Source: Paraspadella gotoi (taxonomy: Eukaryota; Animalia; Chaetognatha). From it: DNA of 64,000 nt. The stretch lies in NCBI GenBank assembly GCA_051294375.1, contig CM119264.1, forward strand, positions 12,854,813 to 12,918,812, in the 5' to 3' direction. Positions 9,863 to 21,609 of the stretch are shown here, piece by piece (position 1 is the first letter of the stretch; every line of letters starts with the position of its first letter). Under the pieces are notes generated by a model. That model made no database searches, was not told the DNA's origin, and worked only from the letters and a program-made list of their open reading frames with translations. A program made the translations under genes and the position numbers.

Positions 9863-12800
9863 GTCCCGGAATGGGGCCGGGGATAGGGGCCGGGATTGCC
9901 GCCGGCATGGGACCAGGGGCGCTCGCTCCCGGAGCGCTGGGAAACCGAGCATCAGGCATGATAATCTTCTTTGGTATCGAAAGAGACCAAATTAAATCCT
10001 TTTTTTATAATTACCTGAGAATGAATCTTAAATAATTTCCACTAACTTCTTTTAACAGGCATAAGTTAAATGAATAAAAAAAAAATAAATAAATTACATT
10101 TTGACGTAGCACATAATATAAACCAACTGTTTGTTCTATCAATGACAATGATTAATTAAACTGTGTTTTTTAAGCGCCCGAAATTAACTCGGAATTGAGG
10201 GCGTTGAAAACCTTTCGCAAGTTCCCATGACCCCCTGGCCATTATTAACACGCCAATCCTGCCAGGTTTGGGTCCCACTCCGGCTCTGGCTGGCGCCGGG
10301 GCCTTGGGCGCCGGAAATTTCGGCGCCGGGGCCTTGGGCGCCGGAAATTTCGGCGCCGGGGGTTTCGGCACCGGGGCTCTGGGCGCCGGCTCCGGGCTTT
10401 CAACGCTATTGGGTCAATCCAGCGGGCTCTCGGCGTTGGGTGGGCAAACATCCGCTGGAGGTAAGTTCTGGGGGAAGAAGACTTCTCCAATGGCAATCAT
10501 CGCTACGTCTCGTTGCACAGGCCTCGGACTCGGCCTAGAGGGCATCAAGGAAATCAACAACCTCATCTCCCTCCGAAATTTGATGGAGCAATTGGGCGGC
10601 AGCAAGAAACGCGAGGTTGTGACGAAGACGATCAAGCCCGACCCGATCACGAACACGGTCACCAAGACTCAGGTCGTCAGGATGATTCCGGGTGAGACGG
10701 AACGTCAAATCTGCTATAGTAAATATGTATATAAATATATAAAAATTCTTGGAATTTTAAAACTTTCGAATCAGCGGAGACAACCGTACAAGCAGCGCCC
10801 AAAATTACGATCACTCGACCGGCGTTGACGCAAGTGATTCGTCAAGTGGCGCCACAAATTTATCCGGTCACGACTTCCGGTCTTCACACCGTCTCCTCGG
10901 GTGAGTTTTTTTTTCTTCGTTATTTTGCTTTTTTGTTCACACAGTCAAACTTAGCACATCTTTAATTGTTATGGACAAAACATATACGTTTTCTCCTGTA
11001 ACCGTGCTCACGTTGCTCATTGCTCAATGCATGATTTACGTCGCTTGTGCACTCCGTCTTTTACCTCCCTTTATCTTTCTTCTTCCTAAACTCGATCGAA
11101 CCATTTCTCAACGTCCTTCCCATTCCTACATCCTTGCTCCGCTATCCACTCCAATACAATTAACTTCCATTAAAGATTAACGACAATGATCTCTCCACAA
11201 ACCCGAACCCCCTCCACCTTCCCCAAAGCCCTCTCTGTCCGCTCGGACCGTCGATGCGGCCCCAAGTTTCCCGTCAACGGGGTGGCCTCGACCTGCAACC
11301 CTTCGAGTTCCTTCCCCTGTTGTTCCCAGTGGGGTTGGTGCGGGGATTCCGAGGCGCACTGCAATTGTCCCGGATGTGTCGATTATAGGAATCAAGTTGC
11401 GCCGCAGTGAGTAGGGGACCGCGTTGCAGTGAGTAGGGGACAGCGCTGCAGCGAGTAGGGGATAGCGCTGCTGTGAGTACGAGCCGACACATTGGTTGCT
11501 GATTGACATCAAAAATTAAATATTTTGAGATCAGGGTTTTATATCAGTTAAATTCAAAAAATATTACTTTAGAACATTCAATAAGCATTGAGCGATCAGC
11601 CATAGTATCTTTTCGAACCAAAATCCCTGACAGTCACCAGTAACCATTGACTACTCACCAACGTAACAGTCTTACCCTCCATAGTAACTCCGATGATCAC
11701 GGATTCACACGAAAGGCTGTCTTGGGCAAAGAGCTTCCTCACCACTCTCCGATTGAATTTCACTTACTTACTTTCTTTCATTGTCCTTGTCTTTATGTAA
11801 TGTTGCTTCGCTTATTTTTTAAATATTGCCCTTGTTTTGAGCATGCGTGGCCTTAAACCGTAAATTTTGTCAATTGCCAATTTTCGCTAGCCTCTTTTCT
11901 TCACTAGTGTAAAATCTCATTCCCGCACATAACTTTTTTCAAAAAAAGCTTCCCTGGTAACAAAAAGTTCCCATTTCCTCTCCCAAGCCACCTTCCTGGC
12001 TGCCCGCACTCGACTGGACGGCCGCTGTGGCCCGGGCTTTCAGGCCCCTGGCCTCCCGGGAGTGCCAGGCGCTTGTTCCGGTCGCTACGGCGCCTGTTGC
12101 TCCAACGAGGGCTGGTGTGGAAGCTCCAGCGCCCATTGCTCCTGTGTTGGATGCGTTGATTATCGGTAGAGTTTTTCTCTCTCTTTTTTATCTCTTTGTT
12201 AGACTCTAAGAGTTGCGGTATCTTGGTCGGTGGATAAAATTCCTATAAAAATTCTAATACTACAATTTCAAATGGTTTCAAACGGTTTTTATTGATTTAT
12301 TTGTTACAGCGTGCACGTAGGTGCCAACACCATCTACCCTGTTGTCGTGCCGCAACAGCAACCCGTGATCCACATGCAGCAACCGCAACAACCCAGAGTA
12401 ATCACAATTCAGCAGCAGCAGCAGCCATCCAGCGTCGGAGGGATCGCCGGTAGATTTATTTAATTATTTTTTTTTACGTATTATTTGTATTATTGAGATA
12501 TCTAATTGATTTATTTAATAATTATCGACGGGTTCTTCGATTATTCGAATTATTGATTGACTAATCGAGTACACACAGGCGCGGTTAAGACGATAACGAC
12601 AACGACCACTCAAGATCAGCCGCAAACTGTCGTTAATCAAGTTGTGGCCGACGCGAATTCCGATTCGCTCCAAGATCAGGTCGGGAAGTATGTCCCTTTT
12701 TGTCTTCCGCGATCTTTGCACGTAGCGCTTCGCAAATTCATCGGATCTCTTTCACCTTACTTTTTCACTCAGCTCAACATGCAAAGTTCGCTGACGGCGG

Positions 12801-13246
12801 GCGACCTTATCGCGTTGGGCGCCTTGAGCCAACTCAGCAAAGCCGAACAAGTGGAGAAGGCGAAGAATCAGGCCGCGATTCAAAATTTGCTCGTCAGAGC
12901 CTTGAATCAGCCTCAGACGAATGGAGTTCCTAGTGAGTCGGTGATGATGAAAAGGATGCGATTGTGATTGCTTGAGAAAAGGGTCTCTGAAGTTTTAAAG
13001 GCGTCAATCATTGGTGATTGTTAATTGGGTTATTTCCCTTAACAGTTCCCGGCCCTCCAGGCGGAATGGGGCCAATGGGACCGATGGGTGCAATGGGTGG
13101 ACCCATGGGTGGACCCATGGGAGGGCCTATGGGAGGGCCTATGGGAGGGCCGATGGGCGGCCCTATAGGCCCCATGGGCCCGATGGGATTCGGCCAAACC
13201 GAAAACGGAGATCAGTGGAGGGTGTTTCGAACCAATGATCATTGTG

Positions 13247-13311
<65 letters not shown>

Positions 13312-13971
13312 CTTCCCTCCCTCACAATATGCTCCACTGTATCACTGCTCACTTTATTTTACGATTCACTAAAACGGCTAATCCAGAAGATCAAAATTTT
13401 TGATCGCCCATTCACAGAATGTCCCAGTTCATTGTACGATGTTTTGTTTATTTTTATTGTTGTTCCTCGTCCACTGAGGATTATGTAGTTGGTCCTTATT
13501 CAAAGAAGATTCTCTTTCCTAGTTGCAATTACGTATAAATCCATATTTTTATAGCGTCGCGGGTTCTGTGTTCGCTATAATTACGGTAAATTGTTCTAAG
13601 AACGTCTTCTTAACCATATTGGCAATTACATTTTAGTGACATTTTTGTAGCTGTCATTATTGCGCTCAAAATAATTTGTCATAAACCATCATTTTCGTGT
13701 TTCATCGCAAATTTGAATCGAAATCCCGAACGATCTTGACCAAAAATTGAATATTTTATATTTTTTTTTATCTAGTCGGTCGTTGCTTTGTTTATTACTT
13801 ATTATTACTTAAAGACTCAGCTTTATTATTAATTTTTACGGCGAATTGTATTCATTATTTACTTAGTAATCATTTTTAATCGTTATTTAACTAATCTTTA
13901 TACTTCCTAATTATTTATAGTTACGTGAGTCACCGAGTTCAAGACGCGTCGATAATAATTCGGCGCATTAG
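9863..13971 (+). CDS. Shared exons of a secreted Gly/Met/Pro- and Gln/Thr-rich protein with a hevein-like (chitin-binding type 1) domain; probable cuticular or extracellular structural protein
   Basis: Phase-compatible exons: 9863-9955 or 9973, 10266-10460 (GAGALGAGNF repeats), 10521-10691, 10775-10900, [11229-11406 or 11988-12165], 12310-12449 (Q-rich), 12579-12679, 12773-12932, 13046-~13221 ((GGPM)n). The last exon 13921-13971 is tentative. Confidence 0.8.
11229..11406 (+). CDS. Hevein-like chitin-binding exon A (178 nt)
   Basis: RSDRRCGPKFPVNGVASTCNPSSSFPCCSQWGWCGDSEAHCNCPGCVDYR; CCSxxGWCG..HC motif, 8 Cys. Confidence 0.85.
11404..11480 (+). repeat. ~22-bp tandem repeat reiterating the exon A donor site
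   Basis: gcagtgagtaggggaccgcgtt / gcagtgagtaggggacagcgct / gcagcgagtagggggatagcgct / gctgtgagta. Confidence 0.8.
11988..12165 (+). CDS. Hevein-like chitin-binding exon B (178 nt)
   Basis: Read in a frame absent from the ORF track: RLDGRCGPGFQAPGLPGVPGACSGRYGACCSNEGWCGSSSAHCSCVGCVDYR; 8 Cys. Confidence 0.85.
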
Positions 13972-14314
13972 ATTTACGCATTTAGGCGCTCTAGAGGGGC
14001 GCATCTGCGCGTATTTTATGCGTACATCGTCTGTTTACTTTCGCAATTCTTGTGAATATAGAACGGTTGAGTCCAAGATTACCTCAAATGCCGTTTGGCA
14101 CTTTCATGACAAATCATTACTGACGTTTTGTTATCATAACATAAGCGACACTTTTTCTTGAAATTTTAGATGAATTCGAAAAAAAAAGAGTTTTATCGTA
14201 ATAAATAAACTATACTGTACCAAATATAAATGAAATGCAGCATTAAAATTTGATCTTTTTTTCTTTCACGGTAATCTGAAAGTGAAACTTTAAAGGGAAC
14301 TTTTTTAAAAAGAT

Positions 14315-14387
14315 AGGTACTGCCCGGTTTCGAACCGGGGACCTTCTGCGTGTTAGGCAGATGTGATAACCACTACACCACAGCACC
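14315..14387 (-). tRNA. tRNA-Val(AAC)
   Basis: GGTGCTGTGGTGTAGTGGTTATCACATCTGCCTAACACGCAGAAGGTCCCCGGTTCGAAACCGGGCAGTACC: 7-bp acceptor stem, anticodon arm TCTGC-CT[AAC]AC-GCAGA, GGTTCGA T-loop, downstream T-run terminator. Confidence 0.95.
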
Positions 14388-14834
14388 ATCTTATTATAAG
14401 CGGTTGCCAAACAAATAAAAAAAGGATTTGGTCAATTTTTTCCGTTCTCCATCAGAGAGCGCGTTGCAGCACCTACTACCAGCAAATTGCTAAGGCGAAA
14501 AAAAGAACATCAGGACGAAGCACATAATCTTCAAATAATAAAATCATATATCAAAATTTGCTTTGTATAATACCACATTGAACGTAAATGCCAAAGTTCA
14601 ACAAATTTGGTCAAGTACTAGTTTTTGCAGAAACAATTCTCGAAAAAGGGGATATAATTTTATAATTTAAAGCCCTCAGACAAAGTAAGTAGGTAACATT
14701 TAAGAATGTTAACTGTTCACGGACAGGAAATGTGGAAAAAGTAGACTATTATTTTAGCATTTTTTCTTTGGGAAAGAAATTAGTCTTTACGATTTGAATC
14801 GGAGAAAGAGAAAGAACGAAAAAGACTGATGTGA

Positions 14835-15803
14835 TCAGTCTTGTATCGGTAAAATGTCTTCCTTCCAAACGAGAAAGGAGTCGAAATCGTCGGAAATATT
14901 AATTGGGTCAACGCGACTGTCATAGACCGAAATGAAGGGAAGTTCTAGAAGTTGGGGTCGGAATTTGCCGAACGCGTACATCTCGACATCCCAAATCATT
15001 GTAGTCGATGTGGCATCCCTGGATATATAATTAAATAAAACTAGAAATTATTCAAAAAAGTAAAATTGATTTTGTTTTTCAACAAAACTATTTCATGTGA
15101 CATGCGTGTGACATACAAAATGATTTTTAGTTGAAAAAGAAAAAGAAACCAAGTTATGTATTCATTTAAAAAAATTAAGGCTTATAAAAAGTAGGTATAT
15201 AGTGGAAAATTGAACATAATCGCGATTAAAGTCGGACAACCTGGCGGACTCGTCGGTCTCACGACGGCGTCGTAGGTATGCCTCGACAACACTGTCGACG
15301 TCGGCAGGATCCGCGACGTCGAACGTAGGCAGCGCCATCGCCGGGATCGCCTTGATCGGCGTCCGGACGAAGAAATCCGGATGTCCTTCTATCTTATCGA
15401 GGATTGAGAGGGTCCCTAGATAAAATGAGAGGGTCCCTAGATAAAATTGATTGGATATACAAACGTTCACATATAATTTTTACAAATTTCTATCGATACT
15501 ATAAAGTTATTTTGTTTATCAGAGGCACTTACCATCATCTACTTCATAAATTTCTCCCACGATATGATGACCTATTCCTTCGGAGAGAAGAACGTAAGCA
15601 TTGTTGCCTCTGCTCGCGATAACCATGGGCCATCTAAAGAATTCATTGTCTCATACGTTAAAAATATTAAATTTTAGACGATTATAAACATACCTGGACT
15701 CAGTGACTGCGAGGCCTTTGAAAGAAGCTCCATGTTCGAGGTACTGACTGAATCTTTCTCCGCGTTTCAAAGTTCCATAAACGAAAATCGATGATTTTCC
15801 CAT
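14835..15803 (-). CDS. GGACT: Gamma-glutamylaminecyclotransferase-like protein (GGCT/AIG2 fold), 4 exons
   Basis: Exons read MGKSSIFVYGTLKRGE.. / ..GHHIVGEIYEVDD / GTLSILDKIEGHPDFFVR.. / ..FRPQLLELPFISVYDS..TGA. The FVYGTLK, GEIYEV and LDxxEGHP motifs match the family. Confidence 0.85.
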
Positions 15804-15988
15804 ATTTTTGTCTAAGACGAGTTGGAGAAAAATGTTCAACATATAAACATAAACTGCATCAATCAATTTAAAAATGGAGCTTTTTTTTATTCGTAAATTC
15901 GTCTCTAGAAGTCGAGATGGCCCGAGCTTTAGCTTTAGCCAAGCGACCAAGTCACACTTGTCTAGAGTTCCGATAACCNNNNNNNNNN

Positions 15989-18377
15989 CGGCGCACGAGG
16001 ACGAAAGGGCACGACTGGAGCTCGTCGGGGATGTTCACGCGCGGATGGGCGTGGCGCGTCCCGTCGACCGGGCGAAGAGCGCGGACCTCCCGGCGCAGCG
16101 TCTGAAGGAGGTCATGTGCAGGCGTTGGGGAACCGCAGTCCGGGACGAAGTCGGCAGGCATCGCCAGCTCCTCACCATAGACGAGTTCGGCCGAGGAGGC
16201 GTTGAGATCTTCCTTGATGGCGGTACGAAGTCCGAGCATCACCCATGGCAACTTGTCCACCCAATCGGGGCCTGCAAGCTTGGCGCGGAGCGATGCCTTG
16301 AGGTCGCGGTGGAAACGCTCCACCATCCCGTTCGCCTGAGGGTGATACGACGTGGTGTGGTGAAGGTTGGCGCCGAGAGACGCCGCTAGCTGGCGCCACA
16401 GTTCGGATATGAATTGTTTCCCGCGATCGGACGTGATGTGGAGCGGAGCGCCGAAACGGGCTACCCAACCGGAAGCGAAGGCGCGCGCTACCGTCGCTGC
16501 TTNNNNNNNNNNNNNNNNNATCCCAGTGACGCCGGAAGTGGGCCGACGAGGTCGATGTGAACGTGCTGAAAACGTTTTTCTGGCGGAACAAAATCTTCGA
16601 TGGGCGTGGCGGCGTGAGTTCGGACTTTCGCTCGCTGGCAGTGGACGCACGAACGCGCCCAGTTGGCGGCGTCCTTCGCCGCGCCCGGCCACACGAACTT
16701 TTTGGTTACGAGGGCTTTCGACGTCTTTATACCCGGGTGCGCCAAGGAGTGGAGTGCGTCGAAAACGATCCGGCGCCACTTCCGGGGGACGAGAGGACGC
16801 GCGACGCCCGTTGAGACGTCGCAGAGAAGAGAGACGCCGTCGAACGACGCCCGCTGGAGGCGAAGGGACGAAGCGGACGACTGGAGGCGCAGGACATCCT
16901 CGTCGTTGACTTGATCGGTCGCTATCGCCGCGAAGTCAACGCCGCCGGGTCCTGTGACGGCCATGACATCATCGGGTATGACGACGCGCGAGAGGGCATC
17001 GGCGACGATGTTCGCCTTTCCGGAGACGTGCCGGAAGTCCGTCGTAAATTCCGAGACGGCGGCCAACTGATTGGCCTGCCGCGCCGTTTTGGAGTCGGTC
17101 TTCTTGCTGATGGAGGGGACGAGGCTCACATGGTCCGTGAAGAGTGTGAAGGGGCGTCCCTCCAGAAAGTACCGAAAGTGTCGCACCGCCAAGTGGGCTG
17201 CCAGGAGTTCCCGGTCGTAAGGTGAATACTTTTTCTGGTTCTCCATGAGCGGCTTGGAGAAAAACGCTAACGGGCGCCAATGGCCGCCGACGAGTTGCTC
17301 GAGGACGCCGCCGATCGCGAAGTCGGAGGCATCGACCGTGAGCGCAGTGGGCGCGCCTGTGACGGGATGGACGAGCATCGTGGCATTGGCGAGGGCCGCT
17401 TTGGTTGTCCGAACGCCTCCTCCCGGTCTTCGTTCCACTCGACGACCTTGGCTGCGGACGACCTTTGAGTGCCGCGTAGAGAGGCGCCATCGTCGCCGCC
17501 GCGTGGGGGACAAGCGGTGAAAAAATTCACCATCCCGAGGAAACGTTGGAGTTCCTTGACGGGTCGATGGGGCGGGGAAGTTGGCGATCGCCGCCACCTT
17601 TGAAGGAAGAGGACGCACGCCTTCGGCGTCGATGTGATGGCCGAGAAAATCAAGGGAGTCTACGCCGAACAAAACACTTTTCGCGTTTGACTACGAAACC
17701 GTGCTCTTCGAGACGGTCGAAGAGGCGTCGAGGTCGTCGAGATGTTGTTTCCTGTCTCTGGAAGCGACGAGGATGTCGTCTAGATAGACAAAAACTCGAG
17801 GGAGACCCCTGCAAACGGCGTCCATGAGACGTTGGAACGCCTGCGCGGCGTTTTTGAGGACCGAAAGGCATCCGAGATATTCGTATGACCCGAACGGCGT
17901 GATGATCGCCGTTTTCGGGACGTCCTCCTCGGCGACAGGCACCTGATGGTAGCCTTTCAGCAGGTCGACCTTGGAAAAAACCGTCATCCCGCGAGGTCCG
18001 CGGAGAAATCGTGGAGATGTTTGACGGGGTAGCGTCGTCCTTGGTGGCTGCGTTGAGGCGCCTGTAGTCACCGCAGGCGCGGAAACCTCCGTCAGGTTTG
18101 GCGACGACGTGGAGAGGCGACGCCCACGGGGACGAAGACGGTCGGACGATGCCTAGGCGCTGGAGTTCGTCGAACTCTTTTTTGACGGCCGAGAGACGTT
18201 CGGGTGAAAGACGACGAGCTCTTGCGAAAACTGGGTGTCCTTCGGTGGGGATGCGATGATAGACGCCGTGACGAGGCGTTTGCGCTTCGAACTTCGGCGT
18301 CGTCAGCTCGGGGCGCCCGCGGAGAAGTTCGTCGAAAACGTTGGAGACTTCCGGTGGTGCGACGCGGTCGTAGGCGA
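15989..18377 (-). mobile_element. Ty3/Gypsy LTR retrotransposon copy 1 (RT, RNase H, integrase; truncated, no LTR visible)
   Basis: RT (KVDLLKGYHQ, MPFG, YLDD), RNase H (TVDASD..GGVL, YSPYDRELLA, FTDH), integrase (H-x3-HPG..CVHCQ, HIDLVGPLP, ITSDRGKQF, YHPQANGMVERFH). Confidence 0.95.
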
Positions 18378-18762
18378 AAAGAGGAGATGATTAGCAAAAG
18401 TTTATCAGTCAAATAGCAACGAAATAATAGTGCAAAATGAATCGGCTATTGAAAAAAAAAAATCACGTTTAAAAATTTAATGGAAAAGTTAATGCAATCG
18501 GTGTCGAGAGCACGTGAGCTTTCTCTCTTTTCCCCTTAAAATTCGGAACGATGTTCCTGGCGATGCGGCTTATTGTCTACGGAATTGGTGATCCATTCAC
18601 AGGTGAAGGGCTGGCATTTCTAATTCGTATAAAAGGCCTTCACACTGAAATCACCGGCCACCGGCATCGGTTGTGAAAGGAGGGAACCGGGTGAGGGAGA
18701 GGGGTGGACCATCGAGAGCGAAGACGAAAATGGGAGGAATCGGACAGTAAAGAGGGGGGGAG

Positions 18763-18802
<40 letters not shown>

Positions 18803-18860
18803 AGAGAGAGAGAAGAGAGAGAAGAGGAGAGAGACGAGACGAGAAACGAGAGAGAGAGAG

Positions 18861-18907
<47 letters not shown>

Positions 18908-21108
18908 TTTGGAATGTCGCCAGATGCCACGAGGAAATCAAGGGAAACGAAACAGTTTTTGTTGGGATAAGACGGATTCGAGAGAAAATACGCAGGCGAC
19001 GGCTTGCGGCCAGTGGGGCAGTCGGGGGGGGGGGGGCAGGGGGTAAGGAGTATAAATTGGAGCTATTCTGTGATGTCACTGAAAAATTGGAACGTCAGGT
19101 CTATTGTAACGACTCTAAAATTCAGCTAAAAGCTGAAGATTCCTCTCAAACTGAACTCGATTTTTTTTTTTTCGACGAATTCGGTTTCAATTTTAAAAAT
19201 TCTGTCACACTGTTTGCTCAGCTCTCAGTGGAACCCCCCACCGCGAAACCAATTAGCGCTTCGGAAAAATGGGGCCAGACGGGAACCGGGGATGTTCCGT
19301 TTATCTCTTTTCATTTCATTTTTGAACCCATTTTACGATTGTTTATCGGCGGGTCGAGGAAAATCCACTGAATCCCATTGGGTTCTTCACCGGGCGCGGC
19401 GTCTTCACTCCCTCCCACCCACGCGTTCCGCATAAACGAACGAAGTAACGACTCTTCCAATTTGGCTCCCGGGCACCGAAAAAAATTTTCACCCGGCTAA
19501 AAAATCTCTCATTTACGCTCAGATGGAAACATAGAAAAGGCGATATCCACGTGGATGGTTTTTTTATCTTTTTTTAGAATTTCGCAAACATGAGAAATTT
19601 AGTTCGTTTGAAAAATTACGAAGGCGTTGCGTTAGGGTTTAATATCGTCACTCCACCTGCTGACTCATTTCACCAGACGCCCGCAGGCCCACAAGTTTAC
19701 ATCCTCCGCAGCGGGGTGAGTCCTCGGCCAAATACCAACCTCGAAGCCTAACCCTCTCTTGGGGGCCAAACGCAAACCTCGAAATGCCTCCGCTGGGGAG
19801 TCGAGGGGCGAAAGGAAGATGAGCTCGAAATTGGAAGTTTTACCCCACTGACGACGACGACGAAGACGAAAAAACCGACGACGCTGGGGACAATACGCAC
19901 GACTACGGGTGCGGCGGCGGCAGCGGACTAAGCGGCGCGGGGCGAGCAGCGGCGGAGACGGCTGGCTTAGACAAACAGTGAGTGAGTTTGAATGATGGAT
20001 ATATGAAAAGATATGGGGAGAGATTACGAGCTTCTGAAAAGCCGGCGGAGGTTGAGTAGGAGAGACGAGACGATTCCATGGGGCGTTATTTTTATTTTCG
20101 CTTCTCAACTACCCATCTTTCTTTATGCTTTTTTTCGCGTTTACCCCCCAGATCAGGCTCTCCTTACTCTATTTTCATTTTTCGTATCCCCTTTCTCTTG
20201 ACTCTCCTCTCTCTCTCTCTCTCCTCTCTCTCCTTCTCCTCTCTCTCATCTTCTCTCTCCATCTATCTCTCTCAACTCCTCTCCTCTCTCTTCTCAGTCC
20301 TCTCGTCTCTCTTCATCTACATGCTCGCGGTCGAGATATCGGCCAATTTAAAAATTGTAACAAAAATTCCATAGGAGGCCGTTTCTCAAGATAGGTTCCT
20401 TGTAATTTTAAAGAAATAAACTTGAGGGAAATGGGGAATGTAAGTGTGCACTTTGGCCACTGGGGTGCCACAGTGCAGAGGGCGAGGTGGTTAAATCTTA
20501 AAGCCGAAAGAATGGCGTTCGTTGGCGAAGAGGGGGGGCGGGGGCGCGATCCGGATGCCTACTGGTTCCATGGAAAATGTCGGCAAACGAGATTAAATCC
20601 ACCTCGATAAAACGAAATCAGAATTTATAAAAAAAAAATTAAAAATTCGACTTTCATCTTAGTTTACTTTTTTTTTTAATCTTTTGAAAAAGAAATCCCT
20701 TTTTGAAAATCCATACCCCATGAACTCTTTCCAAATTCCAAATACCGGAGAGATTGTGATAATCAGGAAGGCTGCCGTTTGTGAATGTAAGTCCTGCATT
20801 AAAGTTCAACTTTGCGACTTTTTAGCAGTTTTCAATTTTAAAAACAGGTTGTGAATTATTTGAAATTTGATTTAAATAATATAAACAAAATGGAAATCGG
20901 AAAGACCTGACCTTGAGAGCGCACAGACCCACATGCACCTGACTCTTGCCCCTGAAACCAATTTTTTATGACTTGAAGAAAGAAGAGAAAAATGAAAAGA
21001 TGAGTTTACGAAGGAACATCGAAAGATACGCTATTGTAACGATCTGGGGAAACATGAGTAGGAGGAAAATTGTGAGGGAATTTCTAGAGAGAGAGGAGAG
21101 AGGAGAGA

Positions 21109-21153
<45 letters not shown>

Positions 21154-21169
21154 AGAGAGAGATGAGAAT

Positions 21170-21214
<45 letters not shown>

Positions 21215-21413
21215 GATAAAGAAAGACCCTCGAAGATGTTACCCCTGAAAAAGCATTATTTTTTTTTTTTTTTTTTCTGAAATAAAAGAGACAATTTGAC
21301 AATTAAGACAATAAGAAGATTAAAACGTTTGAAACAATATGACATTTAAAACAATAAAAATGAGTATAGTGGGAGGACGGGATTTTTTACGTGAAAAGAA
21401 TTCGAATACCATA

Positions 21414-21609
21414 AGTAAAATGAACGAGAGTTTATTTCAGTATAACATCGAAGGGAAAATGCGATAATAATAATGAGCGCGAGAAATAAAATAACAATGA
21501 CTTTTATATGTAATACTTTGTTTATTCAAAGTAGGAATGTAAACGAGAATGGAATTTTAGGCGAGAGAAATATTTATTTACATTTTTTGTAATTTACTAA
21601 ATTCTTACT
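21414..21609. repeat. ~200-bp direct repeat, copy 1
   Basis: agtaaaatgaacgagagtt...aattcttact recurs at 23000-23206. Confidence 0.85.
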
